Assembly (NCBI GenBank): GCA_045863395.1
Contig: BTVJ01000030.1
Coordinates: forward strand, 24,225 to 88,224
Length of the DNA stretch: 64,000 nt
Reading direction: 5' to 3'
Source: Myxococcales bacterium
GTDB taxonomy: Bacteria > Myxococcota_A > UBA9042 > JABWCM01 > BTVJ01
Positions 1-13,736 of the stretch are shown here, piece by piece. Numbering within the stretch: the first letter of the stretch is position 1; each line of letters begins with the position of its first letter. The position numbers and the translations under genes were made by a program. The notes under the pieces are model-generated. The model did not search any database. It had not been told where the DNA came from and saw only the letters and a program-made list of their open reading frames with translations.

Positions 1-60
1 ACCTAGCAGAGTGGCCCGGCGCCTTGCAATCGGGCGCCCGGCGTGCCAGCCTCTGGACCC

Positions 61-810
61 ATGCGCGCCCTGCTCCTCGCCCTGACCACGCTGACCGTCC
101 TGGCTCCCCTCGCCGCAGCCGACGAGCCCCCCCGCATCGCCGAGCCTGGCGACATCCCCGCGGCGCCGCCGGACGTGGAGGAGTCGCACGTGCGCATGAA
201 GCGCACGGGCGGGCTGTCCCCCTTCGAGCAGGTCGAGGACACGGTGGTCCTGCGGGGCGCGACGCCGACGGCGATCCACTCGAAGGACGTGGTCAACCAG
301 AGCGAGCACCAGAACCGCATGGCGCTGCTGACCCTCGACGAGTACCGGGCGCTGCTCGACGCCTTGGAGGCGCTGGACATCCTGATTCTGCGAGACTTCG
401 CGCTGAGCCCGCGGCGCGACGACGTGCCGACGTACACGGTCGAGTACCAGCGCAACGGGCGCAGGAACTCTGTCCGCATCCACGGCCTCGCCTGGTCGCC
501 GGACCCGCGTCACCGCGCGGTGGTGGAGCTGATCCGGCGCACCGTGCGGGAGAAGGCCGGGGACATCCCGTTCCGCAACGTGTTCTTCGACGCCGGGGAG
601 GTCGGTTGGCTCAACCTGGAGACCCGGCCGGCGGCACAGGTGGAGTTCGACGGAGTGGACACCCGCGAGAGGACCCCCCTCTACGCCTGGGAGCTGCCGC
701 GGGGGAACCACACGGTGCGCCTCGTGGACGAGGAGCGCGGCATCGACCGGAGCTTCGACTTCGTCATCGAGGCGGGGATGACCACCATCCTCAACGTGGA
801 TCTCTGGTAG
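61..810 (+). CDS. Secreted protein with C-terminal PEGA-like domain
   Basis: Signal peptide MRALLLALTTLTVLAPLAAA from ATG 61; C-terminal GWLNLETRPAAQVEFDG...TPL...LPRGNHTVRL is PEGA-like. Confidence 0.7.
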   Translation: MRALLLALTTLTVLAPLAAADEPPRIAEPGDIPAAPPDVEESHVRMKRTGGLSPFEQVEDTVVLRGATPTAIHSKDVVNQSEHQNRMALLTLDEYRALLDALEALDILILRDFALSPRRDDVPTYTVEYQRNGRRNSVRIHGLAWSPDPRHRAVVELIRRTVREKAGDIPFRNVFFDAGEVGWLNLETRPAAQVEFDGVDTRERTPLYAWELPRGNHTVRLVDEERGIDRSFDFVIEAGMTTILNVDLW

Positions 811-1198
811 CGGCGGCACCCACCGGCGTCGTGGGCCCCTGAGCCTCCAGCACGTCGATCCATCGGAGCACCTCGTCCAGCGAGAAGGGCTTGGCCAGCA
901 CCCCGAGCGCCCCCGCCTGGCGCGCGCGCGCCTCGTAGGCGGGCCCCGACATGGACGTACACATGATGACCCGCGTCTCCGCCGCACCCTGCGAGCTCGT
1001 GATGGCCTCGGCGATGGAGAGGCCGTCCCCGCCGGGCATCTCGTGGTCCAGGAGGGCGAGATCGAAGGCACCCGTCAGCGCGAGGCGCCGGCCCTCGACC
1101 GCGTCGGAAGCCTCCGTGACGGTGTGTCCGCGTCCCTTGAGGAGGCGGTTCATCAGAGTGCGGATGAGGAGCTCGTCATCTACGATCAAGATGTTCAT
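791..1198 (-). CDS. Single-domain response regulator (CheY-like receiver)
   Basis: ILIVDD, LALLDHEMPGGDG (phospho-Asp), MCTS, LAKPF motifs. Confidence 0.9.
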   Translation of the reverse strand: MNILIVDDELLIRTLMNRLLKGRGHTVTEASDAVEGRRLALTGAFDLALLDHEMPGGDGLSIAEAITSSQGAAETRVIMCTSMSGPAYEARARQAGALGVLAKPFSLDEVLRWIDVLEAQGPTTPVGAAATRDPR

Positions 1199-1392
1199 CG
1201 TTCGACCCCTGTGTGTGGCATCGCCACCCCCGACCCTCTCTCTGTGTGACAGGGGCTCCCGAATTGATCACCAAATCGTCGGGGTCGCTGCGGCGGTGGC
1301 TCGGGAACCCTTGACCATGCTCACGGGGGCCTGATAGCCTCGGTTCCCCCGAAGCATGTGGCGTCCACTGCACCAACCAGGAGGCGAAGGGG

Positions 1393-1782
1393 ATGGCGAC
1401 GCGAGAGGACATCGAGAGCTACATCGTGCGGCTTGGCATGCCGTACGAGGAGGTCGACACGGGCCTCTGGATCATCCACGACGAGCACGACGGCATCGAC
1501 AACCTCGTCATCCACTTCGCGCCGCCTGTCGCGGTGTTCCGGGTCAAGCTCATGGACCTGGACGGTGACCACCCGGCGCTCTATCGCCGCCTGCTGGAGC
1601 TCAACGCCAGCGACATGGTCAGCGGGGCCTACGGCATCGAGAACAACAGCGTCGTGTGCGTCGAGTCGCTCCAGGTGGAGAACCTGGACTTCAACGAGTT
1701 CCAGGCGGCCGTCGACTCCCTGTCGCTGGCGATCACCGACCACTACGAGACCCTGCGCGCCGTCCTGGCCGGCGCTGCGTGA
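1393..1782 (+). CDS. YbjN/CesT-like chaperone-fold protein
   Basis: 129 aa, acidic; LYRRLLELNA...GAYGI...LQVENLDFNEF pattern; directly upstream of pspA. Confidence 0.7.
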   Translation: MATREDIESYIVRLGMPYEEVDTGLWIIHDEHDGIDNLVIHFAPPVAVFRVKLMDLDGDHPALYRRLLELNASDMVSGAYGIENNSVVCVESLQVENLDFNEFQAAVDSLSLAITDHYETLRAVLAGAA

Positions 1783-1795
1783 TGCGGAGGCACCC

Positions 1796-2626
1796 ATGAG
1801 CTTCTTCCAGCGTGTCAAGCTGATCCTGTCGTCCAACATCAACGCGATCATCTCGAAGGCGGAGGATCCGGAGAAGATCCTCGAGCAGCTCATCATCGAG
1901 ATGCGCGAGCAGTTCGCCGAGGCCAAGAAGCAGGTCGCGGCCACGATCGCCGACGAGAAGCGCCTCGAGCGGCAGTACACCGACGAGTCCGCCAAGGCCC
2001 AGGAGTGGGAGAAGAAGGCCATGCTCGCCGTTCGCGCGGGCAACGACGACCTGGCCCGCAAGGCGCTGCTCCGCAAGCAGGAGCACGACGGCATCGCGGC
2101 GGGCTTCAAGACCCAGTGGGACGCCCAGAAGGACGCCACCGAGAAGCTGAAGCAGGCGCTGCACCAGCTCAACGACAAGATCGAAGAGGCGCGGCGCAAG
2201 AAGGACCTGCTCATCGCCCGGTCGAAGCGCGCCGAGGCCCAGAAGAAGATCCACAACACCATGAGCGGGCTGACGGACAACGGCGCCTTCGACACCTTCG
2301 AGCGGATGGCCGCCAAGGTGGAGCAGAAGGAGGCCGAGGGGCTCGCCAGCGTCGAGCTGCTACACGAGCTGTCGGGCTCGGACCTGGACTCCCAGTTCAA
2401 GCAGCTCGAGGCGTCCAGCAAGGGCGACGACCTGCTGGCGGCGCTCAAGTCCAAGATGGGGACCTCACAGCCTGCCGCCCTCCCCGCTGCGGTGGCGCCG
2501 ATCGCTGCCGTGGAGGCGGACCCCCTGGACGCCGAGCTCGAGCGCCTCAAGGCGCTCACCGAGGGCCGCATGCCCGCGGGGCTCGAGGAGGTGTCCGAGA
2601 AGGACCCCGTGGTCGCGAGGCCCTGA
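1796..2626 (+). CDS. pspA: PspA/IM30 family protein
   Basis: MSFFQRVKLILSSNINAIISKAEDPEKILEQLIIEM, GNDDLARKAL, FERMAAKV; GGAGG RBS before ATG 1796. Confidence 0.93.
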   Translation: MSFFQRVKLILSSNINAIISKAEDPEKILEQLIIEMREQFAEAKKQVAATIADEKRLERQYTDESAKAQEWEKKAMLAVRAGNDDLARKALLRKQEHDGIAAGFKTQWDAQKDATEKLKQALHQLNDKIEEARRKKDLLIARSKRAEAQKKIHNTMSGLTDNGAFDTFERMAAKVEQKEAEGLASVELLHELSGSDLDSQFKQLEASSKGDDLLAALKSKMGTSQPAALPAAVAPIAAVEADPLDAELERLKALTEGRMPAGLEEVSEKDPVVARP

Positions 2627-2631
2627 CGCCC

Positions 2632-3951
2632 GTGCACCTGCGCCCCGTCCCCGTCGCCACCTCCCTTCCCAGCCTGTACCGACTCATCGAAGCCTCCGGG
2701 GACCACCCGTTCTGGCTGGACAGCGGGCCCGCGCCCGGTCCCCACGCGCGGTGGTGGGCCATGGGCGCAGGTCCCGCCGAGGTGGCGACAGCTCCGGTCG
2801 AGGGGGTCGGAGAGGTGATTCGCAGCCTGGTGGGGGAGGTGGTCCCCGCGGACCGGGTCGCCCCCCTGTGGGTGGGGATGTTGAGCTACGAGGCCGGGGC
2901 CTGGGCGGACCCGGCCATTGCTCGGGCGGGCGGGGACGACCCCACCGGGGTGCCTTGCGCGTGGTGGGGGCGCTACGGCGCGGTGGTGGTCGGGGCTGCC
3001 GGGGGGTGCTACGTGGTGGGGGATGATGCCACGGGTGTCGACCGCCTGGAGCTTCTGGTAGCCGGGGCGCAGCTCGCGCCGCCCGCGCCCGCGGAGCCTC
3101 CCGCGGGACCCTGGATCGACGCGCTCCGCCCCGCGCGCTCCGACGCGCAGCTCGCCGCGGCGATCCGTCGTGTGCTCGGGTGGATCGAGGCCGGCGACGT
3201 CTATCAGGCCAACGTCACGCGGCGATTCTCGGGGACGCTCGTGGCCGGCGTCACGCCAGCCGACCTCTTTGAGCGCCTCCGCTCACTTGGCCCCGTCCCC
3301 TACGCGGCTCTGCTGGACCTTGGCGCGCAGGCGGTGGTCAGCCTCTCCCCCGAGTGCTTCCTCGACGTCGACCTGGCGACGCGGCGGGTGGTGACGTGCC
3401 CCATCAAGGGGACCCGCCCGAGGGGTGCGACGGAGGCGGAGGACCGCGCGCTGGCGTCGGAGCTGCGCGCCGACCCGAAGGAGCTGGCCGAGCACGTGAT
3501 GATCGTCGACCTGGAGCGAAACGATCTGGGGCGCGTCTGCGAGGTCGGCAGCGTGGTGGTGGATGAGCGGTGGCCGGTGGTGTCCTTCCCCGGGGTCCAC
3601 CACCTGGTGTCCACGGTGAGCGGGCGCCTGCGGGCGGGAGTGGGCCTCGACTCCGTGCTGCGCGCCACATTCCCCTGCGGCTCCATCACCGGCGCCCCGA
3701 AGGTGCGGGCGTGCCAGGTCATCGCCGAGGTGGAGGGGGAGCCGCGCGGCGTCTACTGCGGCGCCATCGGGTGGGTCGATCCACGGGGGCGCGCCGGGTT
3801 CAGCGTGCCCATCCGCACCGGCGTCGTCCGGGGGAGGACGCTTCACGTCCACGCGGGGGGGGGCATCGTGGCGGACAGCGACCCGGAGCGGGAGGTGGCC
3901 GAGGGGCGGCTCAAGCTCGGGACGTGGATGCGGGCGTTGGGGCTTCAGTAG
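2632..3951 (+). CDS. pabB: Aminodeoxychorismate/anthranilate synthase component I (chorismate-binding)
   Basis: GDVYQAN, SPECFL, PIKGTRPRG, KELAEHVMIVDLERNDLGRV, FPCGSITGAPK, GGGIVADS; the PIKGT motif favours PabB; GTG start inferred. Confidence 0.82.
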   Translation: MHLRPVPVATSLPSLYRLIEASGDHPFWLDSGPAPGPHARWWAMGAGPAEVATAPVEGVGEVIRSLVGEVVPADRVAPLWVGMLSYEAGAWADPAIARAGGDDPTGVPCAWWGRYGAVVVGAAGGCYVVGDDATGVDRLELLVAGAQLAPPAPAEPPAGPWIDALRPARSDAQLAAAIRRVLGWIEAGDVYQANVTRRFSGTLVAGVTPADLFERLRSLGPVPYAALLDLGAQAVVSLSPECFLDVDLATRRVVTCPIKGTRPRGATEAEDRALASELRADPKELAEHVMIVDLERNDLGRVCEVGSVVVDERWPVVSFPGVHHLVSTVSGRLRAGVGLDSVLRATFPCGSITGAPKVRACQVIAEVEGEPRGVYCGAIGWVDPRGRAGFSVPIRTGVVRGRTLHVHAGGGIVADSDPEREVAEGRLKLGTWMRALGLQ

Positions 3952-4856
3952 GTGGGGGGCGCTGCGGTGAGGGCGTCGACCACGGCCGCGCGCATGACCT
4001 CGACGGGCGCGGCGCGGCCCGTCCAGCGCTCCAGGGCGATCGCCCCCTGGTGGACCAACATGCCGAGCCCCTCGTGGCCGCGCGCTCCCCGGCGCGCCCC
4101 TGCCGCCAGGAAGGCCGTCTCGCGAGGCGTGTAGACCAGGTCCGAGAACACGGTGTCTGGACACGGGCGTTGGGGCAGCAGCGCCTCCCACACCTCCTCG
4201 GCCAGCCGCCACGCCTCGGTCCCCGGGCTGGCGCCCATGCCCAAGGGAGTCGCCTGCACCACCAGCCCGGGGGCGTCCTCGTCCGGCGACCAGACGGGGC
4301 GCCCGAGCCCGCGGGTCTCGACGGTGGCGCCCGGAGACGTCTCGCACAGATCCCGCGCCAGGGCCTCTGCCCGCCCGGGGTCGCGCGCGGCGATGCGCAA
4401 CGTCGCTCCAGCCTCCACGGCGGCGAAGGCGACGGCGCGGGCCGCTCCCCCGGCCCCGATGAGGGTGACGCTGCCGGGGATCGGGCCGTGGTCTTGGATG
4501 AAGGACCGCGTCCACCCCGCGCCGTCCGTGTTGGTGCCGACGAGCCCCTGGGGGGTGACGAGCACGGTGTTGACGGCGCCGACGCGCGCCGCGGCAGGCT
4601 CCAAGGCGTCGAGCAGGGGGAGGGCCGCGACCTTGTGGGGGACCGTGAGGTTGAGCCCGGCGAGGCCCAGGCACCGCGCCCCGTCCAGCGCCGCGGCCAG
4701 GTCCCCGGGGGCGACGGGGAGCGCCACATACACCCAGTCCAAGCCGAGGGCTTGGAAGGCCGCGTTGTGCATGGCGGGCGAGCGGCTGTGGGTGACGGGC
4801 CAGCCGAGGACGGCTGCGACGCGCGTGGTACCGGAGACGCGAGGGGGGGCGGTCAC
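3945..4856 (-). CDS. aroE: Shikimate dehydrogenase
   Basis: HSRSPAMHN, NLTVPHK, GAVNT, NTDG, GAGGAARA, GLGMLVHQG. Confidence 0.95.
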   Translation of the reverse strand: MTAPPRVSGTTRVAAVLGWPVTHSRSPAMHNAAFQALGLDWVYVALPVAPGDLAAALDGARCLGLAGLNLTVPHKVAALPLLDALEPAAARVGAVNTVLVTPQGLVGTNTDGAGWTRSFIQDHGPIPGSVTLIGAGGAARAVAFAAVEAGATLRIAARDPGRAEALARDLCETSPGATVETRGLGRPVWSPDEDAPGLVVQATPLGMGASPGTEAWRLAEEVWEALLPQRPCPDTVFSDLVYTPRETAFLAAGARRGARGHEGLGMLVHQGAIALERWTGRAAPVEVMRAAVVDALTAAPPTY

Positions 4857-5794
4857 CGGGCGCGCTCCCGGACCGCCTCCACGTCACGCCGGATCTGGGC
4901 GACGAGGGCGTCCACCCCGTCGAAGCGCTGCTCGTCCCGCAGCCGCGACACGAACGACAGGGCGATGCGCCGGTCGTACAGGTCCAAGGTGGTGTCCAGG
5001 ACGTGGGCCTCGATGGCCAGCGCGCGGACGCCAAAGGTGGGACGGTGCCCCACGTTGACCACGGCGACGCGGGGGGGCTCCCCCGGGAGCGTATCGGAGG
5101 CCAGGACGGACAGCCGCGCCTCGTAGACCCCGGGCTTGGGGATCAGCGTCTCCGCGGGGCGCAGGTTGGCGGTCGGGAACCCGATGTGCCGGCCCCGCCC
5201 GTCGCCGCGGACGACGGGCCCGGTGAGGGTATGTGGGCGGCTCAGCATGGCGGCGGCCCGCTCCACCCGCCCCTCGAGAACCGCGTGGCGCACCGCCGAC
5301 GACGAGATGCGCTCGTCGTCCAGGAGCACGGCGGGCACCAGCTCCACCTCGAACCCCAGGGCGCGGCCCCGCGCGGAGAGCATGCCTACGTCCCCCCGCC
5401 GGCCGCGCCCGAACCGGGAGTCGCCGCCGAGGACCACGTGGCGCGCCCGCAGCAAGCGGCCTAGCACCCCGTCGATGAAGTCCTCGGCCTCCATGGACCA
5501 GAGCCGCTCGTCGAAGGGGATGACCAGCGCCGATTCGACTCCGTGGTCCGCCAGGAGACCGAGGCGGGTCTCGAGCGTCGTGATGCGGTGGAAGTCCTTG
5601 TCCGGGCGCAAGACCTGCACCGGGTGGGGGTCGAAGAGCGCGACGAGGGGCTGGGCGCCGTGGTGTCGCGCTGCCTCCACCAGCCGCGCGAGGATGGCCT
5701 GGTGTCCCCTGTGCACTCCGTCGTAGTTCCCGAAGGTGACCACGTTTGGCCCGAAGGGGCTCGGTTCATGGTCGATGCCGCGGACGACTCTCAT
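4853..5794 (-). CDS. ribF: Bifunctional riboflavin kinase/FAD synthetase
   Basis: GNYDGVHRGHQ, ISSSAVR, GRHIGFPTANL, HRPTF, IEAH. Confidence 0.96.
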   Translation of the reverse strand: MRVVRGIDHEPSPFGPNVVTFGNYDGVHRGHQAILARLVEAARHHGAQPLVALFDPHPVQVLRPDKDFHRITTLETRLGLLADHGVESALVIPFDERLWSMEAEDFIDGVLGRLLRARHVVLGGDSRFGRGRRGDVGMLSARGRALGFEVELVPAVLLDDERISSSAVRHAVLEGRVERAAAMLSRPHTLTGPVVRGDGRGRHIGFPTANLRPAETLIPKPGVYEARLSVLASDTLPGEPPRVAVVNVGHRPTFGVRALAIEAHVLDTTLDLYDRRIALSFVSRLRDEQRFDGVDALVAQIRRDVEAVRERAR

Positions 5795-5857
5795 CGTGCC
5801 TCGTGATCTGAAAGGGTCCCACAGGGGGGCTCCAAGGTCCCCGACTGGCGCGGACCT

Positions 5858-5885
5858 ATCTTAGCGCAACCTGGGACACCCTCAA
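5858..5885 (-). promoter_or_regulatory. Putative sigma70 promoter for ribF-aroE
   Basis: Minus strand TTGAGG-16 nt-TAAGAT in the ribF/rsmD divergent intergenic region. Confidence 0.35.
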
Positions 5886-5996
5886 GCTGGACTTGCGATC
5901 CCTGCCGGCTGTTGCCCTGGGGCCGGGCTTCACCTTGACCGCCCTCGGCGCCGCGTGCTATCGCTCCCCCAGCGCTCGCAGAGGGCTAGTGAAGAC

Positions 5997-6578
5997 GTGA
6001 GGATCATCGCCGGACAGCGGAAGGGGCTCACGCTTCGGGTCCCGCGAGGCACGAAGGTGCGCCCCACGCCCCAGCGGGTGCGGGAGTCGCTCTTCAGCGT
6101 GCTGGGCGACCGGGTCGAGGGCGCGCGCGTGCTCGACCTCTTCGCGGGCTCGGGGGCCCTCGGCCTGGAGTGCCTGTCCCGTGGGGCCGCCAGCGCAGTG
6201 TTCGTCGAGCGGGATCGTGCGGTCGCGGCGGTGCTACGGCAGAACGTCGAGTCCGCGGGCGCCGCGAGGTGCCAGGTGCTGGTGCGGGAGGCATCGTCGG
6301 CGGTGCGCGACCTGGGCCGCCAGGGCGCGCGCTTCGATCTGGTGTTCCTGGACCCCCCCTACGGGCGCGGCCTGGTGGAACCTACGGTCGAGGCGCTGGG
6401 GGCGGCAGGGCTGGTCGCCCCGGATGGCCTGGTGGTGGTGGACCACCCAGCCGGTGAGCCGCCCGGTCCACGGATTGGCTCGCTGGTCCTCGTTGACCGG
6501 CGGGTGTTCGGTGATACGGCCGTGGCGATGTTCGCCCCGGCGCAGGGGCCCGACGAAGCACCATCACAGGAGCACACC
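5997..6578 (+). CDS. rsmD: 16S rRNA m2G966 methyltransferase RsmD; no stop codon, continues in frame into coaD (fused ORF ends 7070)
   Basis: [46 protein letters not shown] at 5997. Confidence 0.92.
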
Positions 6579-7070
6579 ATGGCGCGCGTGGCGATCTACC
6601 CCGGGTCCTTCGACCCCGTCACCCACGGCCACCTCAACATCATCCACCGCGCGCTGCAGGTCTTCGACCGCCTGATCGTCGGCGTCCTCGACAACGCCTC
6701 CAAGTCGGCGCTGTTCACGGTCGCCGAGCGCATCGCGCAGATAGGCGGCGCCCTCGAACACGACCCCCGGGTGCAGGCGGTCCACTTCGGCGGCCTGCTC
6801 GTCGACTTCGCCCGCGCCCACGGCGCCACGGTGGTCGTGCGCGGCCTGCGGGCGGTCAGCGACTTCGACTACGAGTTCCAGATGGCGCACATGAACCGGC
6901 GCCTGGCCCCCGAGATCGAGACCATGTTCATGATGACGGGTGAGGAGTTCTTCTACGTGTCGTCGCGCCTGGTGAAGGAGGTCGCCTTCCTGGGCGGGGA
7001 CGTCACCGGGCTCGTGCCCGAGAACGTCGTCGCCGCCCTCGCTACCCGCTACCCGCAGAATCCCCGCTGA
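6579..7070 (+). CDS. coaD: Phosphopantetheine adenylyltransferase
   Basis: [40 protein letters not shown]; own AGGAG (6568-6572) 6 nt before ATG 6579. Confidence 0.96.
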   Translation: MARVAIYPGSFDPVTHGHLNIIHRALQVFDRLIVGVLDNASKSALFTVAERIAQIGGALEHDPRVQAVHFGGLLVDFARAHGATVVVRGLRAVSDFDYEFQMAHMNRRLAPEIETMFMMTGEEFFYVSSRLVKEVAFLGGDVTGLVPENVVAALATRYPQNPR

Positions 7071-7082
7071 CCTGGAGGCACC

Positions 7083-8276
7083 ATGAACCTGTCCAAGCGA
7101 GTCGCCACGGTCCAACCGTCCGCCACACTGGCCATCACCGCCCGCGCCAACGAGCTCAAGGCGCAGGGGGTGGACATCGTGTCCTTCGGCGCTGGCGAGC
7201 CAGACTTCGCGACCCCCAGCCACATCTGCGAGGCCGCCAAGCGCGCCATCGACGACGGCTTCACGCGCTACACCGCCGTCCCGGGGATGCCCCAGCTCCG
7301 AAGCGCCCTCTCCGAGTTCCTGCGGGAGCGGTACGCCCTCGACTACTCGCCGGCGGAGCTGGTCGTCACCCCGGGCGGCAAGTTCGGCCTGTACGCTCTC
7401 TTCCAGTGTCTGCTCGACCCCGGTGACGAGGTGATCATCCCGGCGCCCTACTGGGTGAGCTACCCCGAGCAGGTGGTCCTCTCCGAGGGGGTGCCCGTCA
7501 TCGTGCACGCGGGGGCCGACCAGGGCTTCCGAGTGACGCCCGAGCAGATCGACGCGGCCGTCACGCCCCGCACCAAGGTCCTGATCATCAACAGCCCGTC
7601 CAACCCGACGGGCGCGGCGTACACGCCGGACCAGCTCCGCGCCATCGGCCAGGTGGCCATCGAGCGGGACCTGTTCGTGATCTCCGACGAGATCTACTCG
7701 GAGCTCCTCTATGACGGCTTCCCCTTCGCGAGCTTCCCGACCCTCGATCCGCGGCTCCGGGAGCGCACGGCGGTCTCCAGCGGCTGGAGCAAGTCCTACT
7801 CGATGACCGGCTGGCGCATGGGCTGGGTGGCGGCGCCCAAGGCCCTGATCTCTGCCGTGTCCAACCTCCAGGGGCAGAGCACGTCCAACCCGGTGTCCTT
7901 CTGCCAGGTGGCGGCCATCGAGGCCGTCCGGGGCAGCCACGCGTACCTCGGTGAGTGGCTCGCGGCCTTCGACCGCCGCCGCCGGTATCTGGTCGACGCA
8001 CTCAACGCCATGGAGGGGGTGTCGTGCGTGCGGCCGGAGGGAGCCTTCTACGTGTTCCCCGACATGCGTGGCGTGCTGCACCGCGTGTGGAACGGGGCGC
8101 CGCTGGGCACGTGCATGCGCCTCGCCCAGTACCTGCTGGAAGAGGCACGGGTCGCCGTGGTGCCCGGCGAGCCCTTCGGGGCGCCGGGCTTCGTGCGGCT
8201 GAGCTACGCGACTGGCGACGAGGTCATCCGGGCCGGCGCCGAGCGCATCGCGGAGGCGCTCGGGCGCCTCGGCTAG
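7083..8276 (+). CDS. aspC: PLP-dependent class I aminotransferase (aspartate aminotransferase-like)
   Basis: GEPDF, INSPSNPTG, SDEIY, SKSYSMTGWRMG. Confidence 0.9.
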   Translation: MNLSKRVATVQPSATLAITARANELKAQGVDIVSFGAGEPDFATPSHICEAAKRAIDDGFTRYTAVPGMPQLRSALSEFLRERYALDYSPAELVVTPGGKFGLYALFQCLLDPGDEVIIPAPYWVSYPEQVVLSEGVPVIVHAGADQGFRVTPEQIDAAVTPRTKVLIINSPSNPTGAAYTPDQLRAIGQVAIERDLFVISDEIYSELLYDGFPFASFPTLDPRLRERTAVSSGWSKSYSMTGWRMGWVAAPKALISAVSNLQGQSTSNPVSFCQVAAIEAVRGSHAYLGEWLAAFDRRRRYLVDALNAMEGVSCVRPEGAFYVFPDMRGVLHRVWNGAPLGTCMRLAQYLLEEARVAVVPGEPFGAPGFVRLSYATGDEVIRAGAERIAEALGRLG

Positions 8277-8320
8277 TCGGTGGCGGGTCGCAGGGCCCGC
8301 CACCACGCAAGGGCGGAGCC

Positions 8321-11985
<3,665 letters not shown>

Positions 11986-11986
<1 letters not shown>

Positions 11987-13629
11987 TGCGACGAGGCGTG
12001 CAGGCGCGGGTCGGTGGCGTGGTGTTGGCCCTCTGCCTTGGAGGGTGTGGCGGGGACGGGTCGGTGGGGCGGGACGCCGGGGTGGCGGACGCGGGGGGGG
12101 GCGACGCGAAGGATACCGTCGCGAATACGGTGCTGGACGCGACGGTGCCCGGAGACGTCGGCGAACGCGCGGATGGCGCGGTTGCGGGGCCCGACGGAGG
12201 GGGGGGCGGGAGCGCGGACGTCGTGGCGGACACGGCCGATGTGCCGAGCCTCTCGGATGCGGCGGTGGTTGACGGGGGCGCAGCCGATGCCGGCGACGGC
12301 GCGGACCATGGAGACTCTGGAGATTCGGCCGACGGCGAGAACCCTGGCGACGGCGCGGACGCCGAGCCATGGGAGCCGGACCCCACCGCGGGCCACCTGG
12401 ACACGGGCCCCCTCGGCGAGGCGGTGTGCGTCTCGGTGACCGGGGGCAGCGGGGCGAAGCTGGCGACCGGCATCGCGCGTCTGAAAGAGGCGGGCGTGCG
12501 CACGGTGCGGTCCATCCTCACCTGGTCGAGCTTCGAGCCCTCGAAGGGGAGCTTCTCGCCGGCGGCGCTCGAGTCCCACGTCACGCCCTACACGGACGCG
12601 GGAATCGACGTCATCGGGGTCCTGGCCTTTGGGAACCCTTGGGCGTGCAGCGACCCGGCCGCGGACTCCTACTACCCGCCGGACGACCCGGCGGACTTCG
12701 CCAACTACGTGACCGCCGCCATCACGCACCTGGGCCCGCTGGTCACCCGCTACGAGGTCTGGAACGAGCAGAACGCCGGCTACCGCTTCTGGAAGCCGGC
12801 GACGAAGGGGGATCCCGCGGCCTACGGCACCCTGCTCAAGGCGGCCGTCGCGGCGGGCAGGGCCGCGTGCCCCACCTGCCAGTTCGCCTATGGCGGGCCG
12901 TTCTTCCACTCGATGATCATCGATGGCCACATCCCGTTCCTGCAGCAGACCTACGCCGCGCACCCGGACTTGTCGGCGCACTTCGACGCCATGGCCATGC
13001 ACCCGTACCCCTTCTACCCGCCGCAGGCCGCCCCGGAGGGCCCCCCCGAGCCCTTCGAGTGGCCGTTCTGGACCATGGTCGACGCCGTGCGCCAGGTCAT
13101 GGCGGACCACGACGCGGGCGACCGCCCCATCTGGGTCACCGAGGTGGGTTGGCCGGTGTTCTGGTCCGTCACGGAGGAGCTCCAGGCAGCCTACCTTGTG
13201 CGCGGCTTCCTGCACCTGGTCGCCCTCGATGCGGTCCCCGTGTGCTGGTACACCCTGTTCGACAAGGAGACGACCAGCGTCTTCCCCGCCGAGGACTTCT
13301 TCGGGCTCCTGACCTCGGGCGTGGAGACGGGCACCCCGGAGCCAAAGCCGGTGTTTCACGCGCTGGCGCAGTTGGGAGGGAGGTTTGGAGAGTATCGCCT
13401 GGTCCGCGACCTGCACGCCGCGAAGCTCGTGCCCCCCGGGGCGTGGGGGTTCGAGCTGTCGGGGCCAAACGGAGACCGGTGGTGGGCAGTCTGGGCGCAC
13501 CCGGGGACGGAGGTCGTCACGCTGCCGGGACCGCCGCTCCAGGTGCTGGACCAGCTTGGTGGGGAGCTCGCGATTGTGGGGGTGGAGCAGCCCGTGACGG
13601 CGCTGCCGGTGTTCGTGCAGGTGGAGTAA
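11986..13629 (+). CDS. Lipoprotein glycoside hydrolase, clan GH-A (GH5/GH39-like)
   Basis: Lipobox LGGC, acidic linker, YEVWNEQN (acid/base), AMHPY, PIWVTEVGW (nucleophile). Confidence 0.8.
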
Positions 13630-13646
13630 GGGCGCGTGCGGAAGTG

Positions 13647-13720
13647 ACCTGATCCACCGAGGGGGCCGATGCGCCCCGCTGGCGGTTCGGCGAAGCCGCC
13701 GGCAGGGTGGTGCCCTTCCA
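13647..13720 (+). repeat. Partial copy of the intergenic hairpin element at 56441-56602
   Basis: 62/74 nt identical, ungapped, to the reverse complement of 56511-56584 (hand alignment). Confidence 0.8.
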
Positions 13721-13736
13721 CTCGGGCGACACACGA

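Noticed and set aside
1358..2631. Upstream extensions of pspA (1358) and pabB (2005) suggesting fusions
   Set aside because: Out-of-frame overlaps with real upstream genes; low-complexity translation
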